Shown: piece by piece, positions 9,147-17,827 of the stretch
How positions within the stretch are numbered: position 1 is the stretch's first letter
Layout of the letters: each line of letters begins with the position of its first letter
Origin: Phycisphaera mikurensis NBRC 102666
Lineage (GTDB): Bacteria > Planctomycetota > Phycisphaerae > Phycisphaerales > Phycisphaeraceae
Length of the DNA stretch: 32,000 bases
Assembly (NCBI RefSeq): GCF_000284115.1
Contig: NC_017080.1
Location: 1,170,001 to 1,202,000, forward strand
Direction: 5' to 3'
Program-made: the position numbers and the translations under genes
The notes under the pieces: model-generated
Databases searched by the model: none
What the model was told of the DNA's origin: nothing
Seen by the model: the letters and a program-made list of their open reading frames with translations, nothing else

Positions 9147-10798
9147 CGCCGCGTCGCTCGGCCGGCGGGCCCCGTGCCCCGGCGTCGACGCAGCCCCGCG
9201 GCGATGCCGAGCAGCAGCGTGGCGGCCGCGGCGGGCTCGGGCACCTCGGTGACGGCGACCAGGTCGCGGTTGAAGCGCAGCAGCACGTCCCCGGTGGGCT
9301 CGTCGAAGGCGAAGGCGTCGAAGTTGCCGTTGACCACCGGGGCGCCGCCGAGAGCCGACGGGTTCAGGCCCAAGCCGTCGATGTAGAGGCTGGGCACGAG
9401 CAGGTTCATCCCGAAGACGCCCGCGAGCGTGAACACCTCGTCGTCGGTCTCGTCGTCGGGCGTGGCGTCGATGGAGATGTCGGCGACAAGCACGGGCGCA
9501 TCGGTGAAGACCAGGTCGAAGGCCTCCTCGCCGCCGGCGCCGTCGTCCCGCAGCGCCGGCACGAGCAGTTCGTCGACGAAGAAGCCGGCGATGTTCAGCG
9601 TGCCCCCCACCCCGCCGACCTGCAGCTGGAACTGGCCGTTGCCCCCTGCGCCGATCTCGTTGCCGGCGGCGTCGACGAGCGTCGGATCCGCCGAACCGAG
9701 CTCCTTGCCCGCCTCGGTGCTGTAGAAGACGCCGTGGGCGGCCGCCGACTTGGCGCTCCAGATCGTCGCGGCCGCGCCCGTGTCGAAGAGCCAGCTGCCC
9801 TCGGAGGAGACGCCGTGGGTGTTGATCGTGACGCCGCGGACGGCCTCGCCGCCGTCGTCGGGATCCTCATCGGCGAGCGCCGGCGCCGGGCCGACGAAGG
9901 GGTTGTGGGCGAGCGCGGGCGGCTCACCGCCGGTGGTGATCGTGAGCGCGTCGAAGTCGGCGTAGTCGGTCGCGATGCGGGCGTCCCAGGTCGGCAGCTC
10001 CGGCTGGGAGGGCCCACGCACGACGCTCTGGCCGCCGCGGCCGCCCGGTGCGTTGGGGCTGCCGTAGATGTGCGTCTTGAGCTGCAGGTCGCCGAGGCCC
10101 GAGAGCGACTCGGGATCGATCAGCGAGGTGAAGGCGCGGATCTCGCGAGGATCCGCTCCGGGAGCCTCGAAGAGGCCGTTGAGCCCGCGGCTGTCGAAGA
10201 CGGCGAGCTTGTCCTTCATCAGCGGCGTGCCGAAGACGTTGAACTCGCTGAGCGAGCCGATGAGGTCGTCGATCGGATCACGCGGGGCGCCCGGCGACGC
10301 GTCACCCCGCGGGCCGACGGCGGCCCGGAGGTCTTCGAAGCGGTGCAGGTAGGTGCTGGCGAAGCGGGTCGGATCGTCGAGGTCGCCGGCGATCGCGCTG
10401 TCGTAGTCGGCCAGCTCCAGCGAGAACGTCTCGGAGATGTCGAAGAAGTCCAGCCCGCCCACGCCGACGTCGGCAAAGGTGGCGCCGGGGACGGTGTCGA
10501 GCCCGAAGCTGCGCGCCGTGGTCGGTCCCAGGAGCACGGTGCCCGCCCCGGTGTCGTAGAAGCCCTCGACGAAGTACGTCGTCTCGCCGCCGCTGCCGAA
10601 GAGGTCCCCCACGCCCGGGGCCGACAGCGCCGCGCCGTCCGCATCCCGCAGCAGCGCCCGCGCCTTGGGCTGGTCGAGCGAGCCCACCAGGACCTGGTTC
10701 ATCTGCAGCCGCGGAGCCTCCTCCGCACCCGCGGCGGGCGCCGAAGCGACGAGGAACGCACCCGCGAGGCGGGGGAGGTCGAGGTGGAGGTGGCGCAT
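9110..10798 (-). CDS. PEP-CTERM protein with two aspartic-protease-like DTGA motifs
   Basis: VPEPAAAATLLLGIAAGLRRRRG C-terminus; VEGFYDTGAGTVLLGP and GSWLFDTGAAATIWS motifs; VFGMNLLVP; ATG at 10796-10798. Confidence 0.7.
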   Translation of the reverse strand: MRHLHLDLPRLAGAFLVASAPAAGAEEAPRLQMNQVLVGSLDQPKARALLRDADGAALSAPGVGDLFGSGGETTYFVEGFYDTGAGTVLLGPTTARSFGLDTVPGATFADVGVGGLDFFDISETFSLELADYDSAIAGDLDDPTRFASTYLHRFEDLRAAVGPRGDASPGAPRDPIDDLIGSLSEFNVFGTPLMKDKLAVFDSRGLNGLFEAPGADPREIRAFTSLIDPESLSGLGDLQLKTHIYGSPNAPGGRGGQSVVRGPSQPELPTWDARIATDYADFDALTITTGGEPPALAHNPFVGPAPALADEDPDDGGEAVRGVTINTHGVSSEGSWLFDTGAAATIWSAKSAAAHGVFYSTEAGKELGSADPTLVDAAGNEIGAGGNGQFQLQVGGVGGTLNIAGFFVDELLVPALRDDGAGGEEAFDLVFTDAPVLVADISIDATPDDETDDEVFTLAGVFGMNLLVPSLYIDGLGLNPSALGGAPVVNGNFDAFAFDEPTGDVLLRFNRDLVAVTEVPEPAAAATLLLGIAAGLRRRRGTGPAGRATRRQSTRTSTHTSR

Positions 10799-10903
10799 GG
10801 CGGGATCCGGTGGAGACGGGCGAGCGTCAACCGTACCGGCGGTCGGCGGCTGGACCAATCGGGGGGAACCCCACGCGGGTGGCGATCCGCCCGCCGTTGC
10901 GCC

Positions 10904-12379
10904 TCAGCCCCGGCCGCGGCGGGCCTCCAGCGTCGCCCGCGTCGCGTCCGCCCGCTCGGCGGTCAGCGGGTAGAAGCGGAGGACGGCGATCGCCAGCAGC
11001 GCGGTCGCGGTGGGGGCGCCCGCGAGGAAGAGCCGCATCCCCGTGAAGGTGGCGTCGCTCTGCGCGGCGCCCTTGGCGACCTCGAAGCCGGTGGCGGCGA
11101 GGGCGAGGCCGGTGCCGAGGTAGGCCACGGAGACGACGGTCTTCTCCAGCCACGAGAACACCGCTCCGAACAGCCCCTCGCGGCGCTGCCCGTGACGCAG
11201 CTCGTCCTCGTCGCAGACGTCCGCCATCATCGAGGCGAGCAGGATCTTCACCGCCACCCACATCGGCCCGCAAAGCAGCGGATCGATGAGGATGACCGGG
11301 TCCAGCGAGAGCCCGAACAGCTCCACCCGCGGGTGGCCGGGGGTGAAGACGAACCACTTCGCCACGCCCCCGACGGCCATGAGGCCGTAGACGGCGTAGA
11401 GCGCCTGCTTCTTGCCGAAGCGGGTCGCATACCACGAGATCAGCGGGATCGACGCGAACCCGACCACGCCGTAGCCGGTGGTGAGCAGCCCCTTCTGCAC
11501 AAGGCCGTCGGCCTGGTTGCCGTCGCTCATGTAGTAGACGAGCAGGTACTGGTCGATGCCGGTGGCAAGCACGCCCGAGAGCGTGTTGAGCACGATGACG
11601 CCGACCAGCAGCAGGAACGCCGCGTTCCCGGCGGCGGCGCGGAGGCCCTCGACGAGCTTGACCTTCGGGCCCGCCGCCGCGACGGCGGCGGGTGCGGCGC
11701 GGGAGCCGCCGCGGACCGCGAGCGCGGGCAGCACGCCGAAGCCGGCGAGGAAGACCAGCCCCACGATCCACGCCATCGCGTGAACACCCTCGATCGGGAT
11801 CCGCTGCTGCTCGCCGGGTGCCGGCACCACCGCCGCCCCGACGATGGCCACGCCCAGCAGCGCCGCCAGCGGCAGCATCCACCCGCTGAGCAGCTCGCCG
11901 ATCTTGTGGAAGAACGCGAGGAAGGCCATCACGCGCGTGCGCTCGTGGTGGTCGGGCGTCATCTCGTACGACATCGCCCCGAAGGGCACGGCGAAGACGG
12001 TGTACGCGGTGAAGAAGAGCAGCTGGGCGGCGATGAACCACGCCAGCTGGGCGTTGTCGCTCCAGGCGGGCGGCGCGTACCAGATCGCGACGAACAGCAG
12101 CCCCATCAGCGGGGCACCGAGCATCACGAAGGGACGCCGCCGGCCCCAACGCGTGTGCGCGTTGTCCGTGATGCGGCCCATCAGCGGGTCGCTCACCGCG
12201 TCCCACAGGCGGGGGACCAGCAACGCGACGCCCACCGCCGCCGCCGAGACGCCCAGCGTCATGTTGTAGACCGGGTACGCGAGCGTGCTGACGCCGGCGT
12301 AGCCGAAGAAGGCGGCGAGGCCGCCGGCGCCCAGCCCGACCTTCTGCCGCAGCGGGACGCGGTCCTCGGGCGGCGTCAC
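10904..12379 (-). CDS. MFS transporter, GPH (glycoside-pentoside-hexuronide) type sugar:cation symporter
   Basis: GAGGLAAFFGYAG...PRLWDAVSDPLMGRITDNAHTRWGRRRPFVMLGAP motif; GTG start at 12377-12379 overlaps the upstream GH53 stop. Confidence 0.85.
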   Translation of the reverse strand: MTPPEDRVPLRQKVGLGAGGLAAFFGYAGVSTLAYPVYNMTLGVSAAAVGVALLVPRLWDAVSDPLMGRITDNAHTRWGRRRPFVMLGAPLMGLLFVAIWYAPPAWSDNAQLAWFIAAQLLFFTAYTVFAVPFGAMSYEMTPDHHERTRVMAFLAFFHKIGELLSGWMLPLAALLGVAIVGAAVVPAPGEQQRIPIEGVHAMAWIVGLVFLAGFGVLPALAVRGGSRAAPAAVAAAGPKVKLVEGLRAAAGNAAFLLLVGVIVLNTLSGVLATGIDQYLLVYYMSDGNQADGLVQKGLLTTGYGVVGFASIPLISWYATRFGKKQALYAVYGLMAVGGVAKWFVFTPGHPRVELFGLSLDPVILIDPLLCGPMWVAVKILLASMMADVCDEDELRHGQRREGLFGAVFSWLEKTVVSVAYLGTGLALAATGFEVAKGAAQSDATFTGMRLFLAGAPTATALLAIAVLRFYPLTAERADATRATLEARRGRG

Positions 12380-13608
12380 CGAGCGGCCGCCGCGGTGGCG
12401 GGAGCCTTCCACGCGCCCCCGGCGATGGCCTCGCGCGTCGCCCGCATCCACGTGGCGCCTTCGTGCAGGTCGAGGCCGGCATCCCAGAAGGTGTTGTTCT
12501 CCCAAGAGGAGCCGGGCCCGTACTCGTCACCCCACACCCGGACGCTGTCGTTCGCGACGTGGTCCGCGCCCCAGTAGACGACGCCAAGCCCGCCGCCCTC
12601 GTACACGTCGCGGCAGAGCTCGACCATGAACTTCTTCTGGTCCGCCGGCGTCGCCTCGCCGTCCTCGGCGTAGCCGTCGGGCCCGTTGAAGTAGATGTTC
12701 ACGCGGCCGTCCTCGTTGGGCGACAGCGATCGGGCGGAGGCGGAGGTCTCGAAGATCATCAGCTTCTTGCCGTGCTCCTCCTCCAGCCAGGCGGCCAGCT
12801 CGCCGAGGTCGTTCCACTCGCCCAGCGGGTGCCAGCCGGGGTAGTACGACAGGCAGAGCACGTCGTAGTCGGTCAGGCCCAGCGGCTTCATGGTCTCGAC
12901 GAACCAGCGCACGTGCTCGGGGCCGAAGATGTGGACGCCGACGAGCGTGTCGGACTGGTGCTCCTCCGCCGCGTCGCGGATCGCACGGAACCCCGCCGAC
13001 AGCAGCTTCGCATTCCGCGGGCGGTCCACAACCTCCTCCGCCTCCAGGTTGGAGTAGAAGCGTTCGTTCACCTCGTTGCCGACCACGGCGATCCGCGGCA
13101 TCAGACCCAGGCCGCCGAGCTCGTCGAGCATGCCGAAGACGCGGCCGTGGATCGCCTCGGCGAGCGCGGCGGGCCGGTCGGCGATCGCCCGGAGGTCGTC
13201 CGTCACCATGTTGGGCCGGTGCGTCGGGAAGTGCGAGGCGGAGCTGGCCTCCATGAAAGTAAGCGCCGACTCCATGCCCAGCTCCTTCGTGCGGCGGAGA
13301 TTCTCCGTCACCCGCTCGAAGCTCATGTGGTCCAGCGCGTTGCTCCCGCTGAGCGACGCGTTGGTGTACGGCGGCGGCCGGAAGTGCCAGCGAACGAGGT
13401 TGGCGCCGGCGTCGCGGAGCGAAGCGAGCGCCTCCTTCGGCTGGCCGTCTTCCTTGAAGACGAGACCGTGCTCCTCCAGGAAGGGGGCATAGTCCATGGA
13501 GGCGCCGACGTAGAAGGTGTCTTCTTCGGTGGCGGCGGCACCCGGAGCGGAGGCGAGGGCGAGGGTGCCGACGAGGGCGGCTGCGGCGGCGGGAGCGAGG
13601 TGGCGCAT
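12376..13608 (-). CDS. GH53-type arabinogalactan endo-beta-1,4-galactanase, secreted
   Basis: YVGASMDYAPFLEE..., LRDAGANLVRWHFRPPP, VGNEVNERF, SYYPGWHP, IFETSASARS, GLGVVYWGADHV; ATG at 13606-13608 begins a signal peptide. Confidence 0.8.
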   Translation of the reverse strand: MRHLAPAAAAALVGTLALASAPGAAATEEDTFYVGASMDYAPFLEEHGLVFKEDGQPKEALASLRDAGANLVRWHFRPPPYTNASLSGSNALDHMSFERVTENLRRTKELGMESALTFMEASSASHFPTHRPNMVTDDLRAIADRPAALAEAIHGRVFGMLDELGGLGLMPRIAVVGNEVNERFYSNLEAEEVVDRPRNAKLLSAGFRAIRDAAEEHQSDTLVGVHIFGPEHVRWFVETMKPLGLTDYDVLCLSYYPGWHPLGEWNDLGELAAWLEEEHGKKLMIFETSASARSLSPNEDGRVNIYFNGPDGYAEDGEATPADQKKFMVELCRDVYEGGGLGVVYWGADHVANDSVRVWGDEYGPGSSWENNTFWDAGLDLHEGATWMRATREAIAGGAWKAPATAAAAR

Positions 13609-13652
13609 GGGCGGGGTCTGGAGCGGATGGAGAGGTGGGAAGCGGGCCGGAT

Positions 13653-14468
13653 TCAGCGGTCCATCAGCGGCCACGCCTGGAAGGTGAAGTAGCCGCGTTC
13701 GCCGGGGTTGGGGCCCGAGGGATCGGTGAAGCGGGCGGCGAAGAGCTCGTCGAGGCTTCCCGTGGTGGGGTTGCCGGCGCTGACCTGGTTCGGATCGGCG
13801 GTCAGCTCCTGCGAGCGGTTGACGAAGCCCGCGCTGCCGTCGCCGTAGAGCGTGTTGACGCCGTTCTGGTGCCGCTGGTCGATCATGTCCGGGCCGTCGA
13901 AGTTGTCCAGCAGCACCGCGACCTGGCTGTCGATGCGGTCGCGCTCGACGTTGGCGGGCGCGGCGGTGTCGGCGGGACCGGCGAACTTGTCGAGGCGGTA
14001 GTAGGGGTAGCTGTTCTGCACCCGGTACGGCCGCGTCATGTACGTGGTGGCGGTGTCGTTGGCGGCGCCGTCGCCGGTCTCCGGCGGCGGGAAGCTGGAG
14101 TTCTCGACCTGGCTCTGGAGGAAGCCGGGCCCCTCCATCGCCGGGCAGACCCACATCCCCGGCGACTGCACCTCGGGCACGGCCTCCCAGAGCGCGCCGA
14201 GCCCCGCCCGCTGGTCGGCGAAGGTCGCGTACATCGCGTAGCTGAAGTTGAGGTTGGTGCCCATGTAGCCGAGCGGGATGTCGCCCTTGTAGTCGTTCTC
14301 GTAGACGGCCAGGGCGATGCCCACCTGCCGCTCGTTGGACAGACAGGCGGCGCCGCGGGCGGCGAGCCGGGCGGCGCCCAGGGCGGGCAGGAGGATGCCG
14401 ATGAGCAGGGCGATGATCGAGATCACCACGAGCAGCTCGATGAGGGTGAAGGCGGGACGGTGTTGCAT
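13653..14468 (-). CDS. Prepilin-type N-terminal cleavage/methylation domain protein (PulG/DUF1559-like)
   Basis: [50 protein letters not shown]. Confidence 0.88.
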   Translation of the reverse strand: MQHRPAFTLIELLVVISIIALLIGILLPALGAARLAARGAACLSNERQVGIALAVYENDYKGDIPLGYMGTNLNFSYAMYATFADQRAGLGALWEAVPEVQSPGMWVCPAMEGPGFLQSQVENSSFPPPETGDGAANDTATTYMTRPYRVQNSYPYYRLDKFAGPADTAAPANVERDRIDSQVAVLLDNFDGPDMIDQRHQNGVNTLYGDGSAGFVNRSQELTADPNQVSAGNPTTGSLDELFAARFTDPSGPNPGERGYFTFQAWPLMDR

Positions 14469-14512
14469 GGGAATGGCTCCGGAAGGGGAGGGACAGGCGG
14501 TCGGGAGTTGAG

Positions 14513-15169
14513 TCACTCCGGCTCCGCGGGAGCCGCGGCGTCGGGGAGATCAAACGTGAGGGTGAAGGAGAGGTCGGCGCCGTCGACGGCACCTTGCGGG
14601 TAGCCGTCGCCGTCGTCGTCGGGGTAGAGCGCGGCGAAGTCGAAGTTGCCGACGCCGCCGGGGTTCGCGACCGGGGCGGCGGCGTCGCCGAAGCCCTCGA
14701 AGCGGACGAAGCGGACCGATGCCGGCGTGGGTTGCAGCCTGCCGAACTCGTCGATCGTGACCAGCACGGCGGCGACGGCCTCGGCGGGCGGCAGCTGAAG
14801 GTTCTTGAAGTTGAAGCGGAGCGTCGAGCCCGGGGCCGCGTTCGCCGTGTCGACGAAGTTGGTGGAGACCGCGAGCGTCGCGTCGCGTCGGAGGCTGTTG
14901 GTGAACCTGGGGTACGCGGCGGGGAAGATCGCCAGCTTGGTGCGGTCGAAGCCGGAAGCGCCGCCCGGGCCGCCGGCGACGAACGCGACCGAGGCCAGCG
15001 TCGCGTCCCCGGGCAGGTCCGGCAGGGCCTCGGCGGGAACGAAGGCCTGGCCGATCGCGGAGGTCGCGACGCCACCGGGGAGCGAGAACTCGACGCTTTC
15101 TGCCGAGGCCGGCGTGATCGCCAGAGTCGCCGCGACAGCGAGCACGGCTTCGGGAACGGGGGAACGCAT
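14513..15169 (-). CDS. Secreted hypothetical protein
   Basis: Signal peptide [23 protein letters not shown]; [17 protein letters not shown] tail; promoter found upstream. Confidence 0.65.
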   Translation of the reverse strand: MRSPVPEAVLAVAATLAITPASAESVEFSLPGGVATSAIGQAFVPAEALPDLPGDATLASVAFVAGGPGGASGFDRTKLAIFPAAYPRFTNSLRRDATLAVSTNFVDTANAAPGSTLRFNFKNLQLPPAEAVAAVLVTIDEFGRLQPTPASVRFVRFEGFGDAAAPVANPGGVGNFDFAALYPDDDGDGYPQGAVDGADLSFTLTFDLPDAAAPAEPE

Positions 15170-15208
15170 GGGGGATCCGTGAGAGGGAGGAGCGGGCGAC
15201 TGCCCGTG

Positions 15209-15222
15209 TCTGAACGTTCAGA
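15209..15222. promoter_or_regulatory. Candidate operator, perfect 14-bp palindrome at the predicted +1
   Basis: TCTGAACGTTCAGA. Confidence 0.65.
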
Positions 15223-15250
15223 TTCTACTCCGGGGCTTCGGCTTTGTCAA
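15222..15250 (-). promoter_or_regulatory. Sigma70-type promoter for the galactanase-containing gene set
   Basis: Minus strand TTGACA (15245-15250), 17-bp spacer, TAGAAT (15222-15227). Confidence 0.75.
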
Positions 15251-15340
15251 TGGATTACGGGCGAATCCATCGCGGATTAGCCTCCCCCAATGGCGCTTTC
15301 GGTCTCGCTGTCCAGCTTCTTGAGCCGCCCGGAGGTCCGG

Positions 15341-16075
15341 ATGGACGCTGCGCAGTGGCTTCCGCCGGAGGAGACGCACGAGCCTCCCGGCGAGGGTGCC
15401 GCGGGCTTCGACCTCGCGGTGCAGGCGAGGCTCCGGCGGGAGCGGGCCGGGCGGGCGCCGAGTCTGGCCCTGGGCGCGGCACCGATGAGCGTCGGGGCCC
15501 GGCGTCTGTGGAGCTCCGGTTTCCTCCTGGCCGGCCTGACGCTGCTCGGCGTCGCCGCGGGCAACCTGCTCGGCGGCTTCGCCATGGCCTGGTGCGTCGT
15601 CCTCACGCTGGGGCTGGCGGTCACGCTGATCGCCGGCCACCGCTTCCTCGCCTCCTTCAACCCGACGCTCTCGCTGCTCGCCGAACGCGCCACCTTCGCC
15701 CCCGGCGACGCGGTGGAGGTCCGCTGGGCCTTCTCCCGCCCGATCCGGGCGGCGACCGGCCTGAAGGTCATGCTGCGGGGTGAGGAGCGGGCGACCTACC
15801 GGCAGGGCACGAGCGACACGACCGCGCGGGAGACCTTCTTCGAGGAGACGGTGCACGAGGTGGACGCCGGGCCGGCCGGCGTGCCGGCCGGAGGCGTCTT
15901 CACCGTGCGGGTCCCCGACGACGCGATGCACTCCTTCGTCGGCGACAACAACGCGATCGAGTGGACGCTGCGGGCGGTGGCCCCGCTGCCCCGCTGGCCG
16001 GACGTCGGCCGGACCGTGATCCTCCGCGTGTGGTGCGGGCCCGAGCCCGCGCCCGCGCAGGAGGAGGCCGCTTGA
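15341..16075 (+). CDS. Hypothetical membrane protein
   Basis: GGAGG upstream of ATG at 15341; two hydrophobic segments (LWSSGFLLAGLTLLGVAAGNLLGGFAMAWCVVLTLGLAVTLIAG); the longer ORF starts at 15290. Confidence 0.65.
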   Translation: MDAAQWLPPEETHEPPGEGAAGFDLAVQARLRRERAGRAPSLALGAAPMSVGARRLWSSGFLLAGLTLLGVAAGNLLGGFAMAWCVVLTLGLAVTLIAGHRFLASFNPTLSLLAERATFAPGDAVEVRWAFSRPIRAATGLKVMLRGEERATYRQGTSDTTARETFFEETVHEVDAGPAGVPAGGVFTVRVPDDAMHSFVGDNNAIEWTLRAVAPLPRWPDVGRTVILRVWCGPEPAPAQEEAA

Positions 16076-16425
16076 GCGGGCCGCTGCTGATCGACCTCGC
16101 CGGCCGCGACCGCTTCGCTCCTGGGGAGGAGGTCGCGGTCGCGATCGGCTGGGAGCTCGCGAAGCCGCCCGACGAGTTCGTTCTCGAGCTGGTGTGGCGG
16201 ACCGCCGGCCGCGGCCGGACGGACACCGCCGCGGCCCGGCGGAGGGTGTGGCGGGGCGGCCTGCCCGCGGCCGGGGCGGAGGTGGTGGCCTGGCGGATGC
16301 CGGCCGGGCCGCACACCCGCGACGGCAAGCTGGTGAGCATCGCCTGGGACTTCCGCCTGCGCACAAGCACCGGCGCCGCGGTGGCGGCGCCGGTGGAGAT
16401 CCTGCCGGCGGGGGGCGGAGGTTGA
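16072..16425 (+). CDS. Hypothetical protein, probably co-translated with the upstream gene
   Basis: TTG start at 16072 overlaps the upstream TGA; LSGPLLIDLAGRDRFAPGEEVAVAIGWEL resembles the FAPGDAVEVRWAF segment of the upstream protein. Confidence 0.5.
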   Translation: MSGPLLIDLAGRDRFAPGEEVAVAIGWELAKPPDEFVLELVWRTAGRGRTDTAAARRRVWRGGLPAAGAEVVAWRMPAGPHTRDGKLVSIAWDFRLRTSTGAAVAAPVEILPAGGGG

Positions 16426-16428
16426 GTC

Positions 16429-17070
16429 TCAGGCGGCCTCGGCGTGGCGACGCCGCCGGCGGAGGCCCGCGGCCGCCAGCAATGCCAGCCCGGCGGCGGC
16501 GGCGGAGGGCGTGGGCACGGCGCTGACGCCGCTGAGCCCGCGGACCTTGAAGGAGGTGCAGTGGTCGCCCGCGGCGAGGCCGAAGCGGTCGCCGGCGGAG
16601 GCGTTGAGGCCGAGCAGGTCGACGTAGGCGGTGCCGTCCGCGTTGGCCGTGAAGCGGAGGTCGCCCAGGCCGTTGCCCTCGCCGTCGAGCACCCGCAGCG
16701 TCTGCGGTGCGCTGCCGCTGAGGTAGGTGAGGTCCACGCCGGTCGGCTGAAAGGCGGAGGAGAAGTCGAACCAGAGCGTGTCGGTGCCCCAGTTGCTCTC
16801 GACGCGGTGGTCGTCGAGCATCCAGCTGGAGACCCCGAAGCCGCCGCGGTACTGGCCGACCCACGCCTTCTTCGTCCGGCCGTTCCACCACTTGGTGCTC
16901 GTGGCGCTGACCCTCGCGGACGTCCCGTCGTCGAACCGCACGTCCACGCCGCGGGCGAAGGCGGGCCGCTCGGACGTGAGATCGACCGAGGCGGCCGAGG
17001 CGGCGGTGCCGGCGGCGAGGGTCAGAGCGGCGGCGAGGGCGGTGGCCGGGCGGGCGATGGTTTTCTTCAT
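16429..17070 (-). CDS. Exported protein with PEP-CTERM-like tail (VPTPSA variant)
   Basis: Signal peptide MKKTIARPATALAAALTLAAGTAASA; VPTPSAAAAGLALLAAAGLRRRRRHAEAA tail; ATG at 17068-17070. Confidence 0.75.
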   Translation of the reverse strand: MKKTIARPATALAAALTLAAGTAASAASVDLTSERPAFARGVDVRFDDGTSARVSATSTKWWNGRTKKAWVGQYRGGFGVSSWMLDDHRVESNWGTDTLWFDFSSAFQPTGVDLTYLSGSAPQTLRVLDGEGNGLGDLRFTANADGTAYVDLLGLNASAGDRFGLAAGDHCTSFKVRGLSGVSAVPTPSAAAAGLALLAAAGLRRRRRHAEAA

Positions 17071-17243
17071 GGTTCTCTCCTCGATGGCGGTGCGTCGCGG
17101 ATCACGTGCCACGACGCCGACGGTTCAGGGGAAGATCCGCCCGCCCGCCGTGCAAGCCGGGCGCGGCGGGTTTTCCCACGGGGTGCGGAGGGCGCAGCGC
17201 CACGGCGAGGCCGCCCGCGCCGCCCAATCGTCAGACTGCCGCC

Positions 17244-17804
17244 GTGGTGCCCGCCCGCGAGAACCCGTACCGCGTCGACCGGCTCGACGGGCTCCGCTTC
17301 GTCGCTCACGAGCCGGGCGTTTCGGCGGAAGAGGTCGTGCAACGCTTCCGGACGCGGGGCTGGCGCGGCTCGATCGTCGGGCCGCACGGCTCGGGCAAGT
17401 CGACGCTGCTGCGGGAGCTCGGCGACGCCGCGGCGGCGGAGGGCGCGGCCCTGTGGCGGCCGTTCGTGAACCGGTCGACGCCGTGGCGCTCGCGGCGGAT
17501 CGAACCGCCGGCCGCCTCGACGGTCTGGGCGATCGACGGCTGGTGCCACCTGCCGCCGACGCGACGCCGCCGCCTCCGCCGCCTCGCCCGCGCCCGCGAC
17601 GCCGCGATCCTCGGCACCGCCCACGCCTGCGGCTGGGGCCTGCCGGTCGTCCACCGCACGCGGAGCACGCCGGCGGTGCTGGCCGCCCTCCGGGCGCAGC
17701 TGGGCGACGCGGCGGGCGGCGGCGAGGCCGAGCTGCTGGCGGCCTCGAGCGAGGGGGTCCGCGGCGCCCTTCTCGCGCTGTACGACCGCGCGGCGGGCCG
17801 CTGA
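17244..17804 (+). CDS. Small P-loop NTPase
   Basis: Walker A IVGPHGSGKSTLLREL; Walker B-like TVWAIDGW; GTG start. Confidence 0.6.
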   Translation: MVPARENPYRVDRLDGLRFVAHEPGVSAEEVVQRFRTRGWRGSIVGPHGSGKSTLLRELGDAAAAEGAALWRPFVNRSTPWRSRRIEPPAASTVWAIDGWCHLPPTRRRRLRRLARARDAAILGTAHACGWGLPVVHRTRSTPAVLAALRAQLGDAAGGGEAELLAASSEGVRGALLALYDRAAGR

Positions 17805-17827
17805 CGCCCTCGCTTCTACCGTCGTTG

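Noticed and set aside
7862-12577. 1571-aa plus-strand ORF, and similar very long ORFs (3896-7672 region, 23878-26892 minus, 27871-31866 minus)
   Set aside because: Low-complexity Arg/Ala/Gly/Pro-rich translations antisense or out of frame to well-supported genes; typical high-GC shadow ORFs.
12376-15075. The full 899-aa ORF as one protein
   Set aside because: Only the last 410 residues, from MRHLAPAAAAALVGTLALASA, look like a real secreted GH53 protein; the upstream part is antisense-like sequence over the prepilin and secreted protein genes.
15252-15278. GGATT/AATCC/GGATT alternating short repeats upstream of 15341 as a regulatory site
   Set aside because: 5-bp arms are too short to support a claim and there is no second copy in the window.
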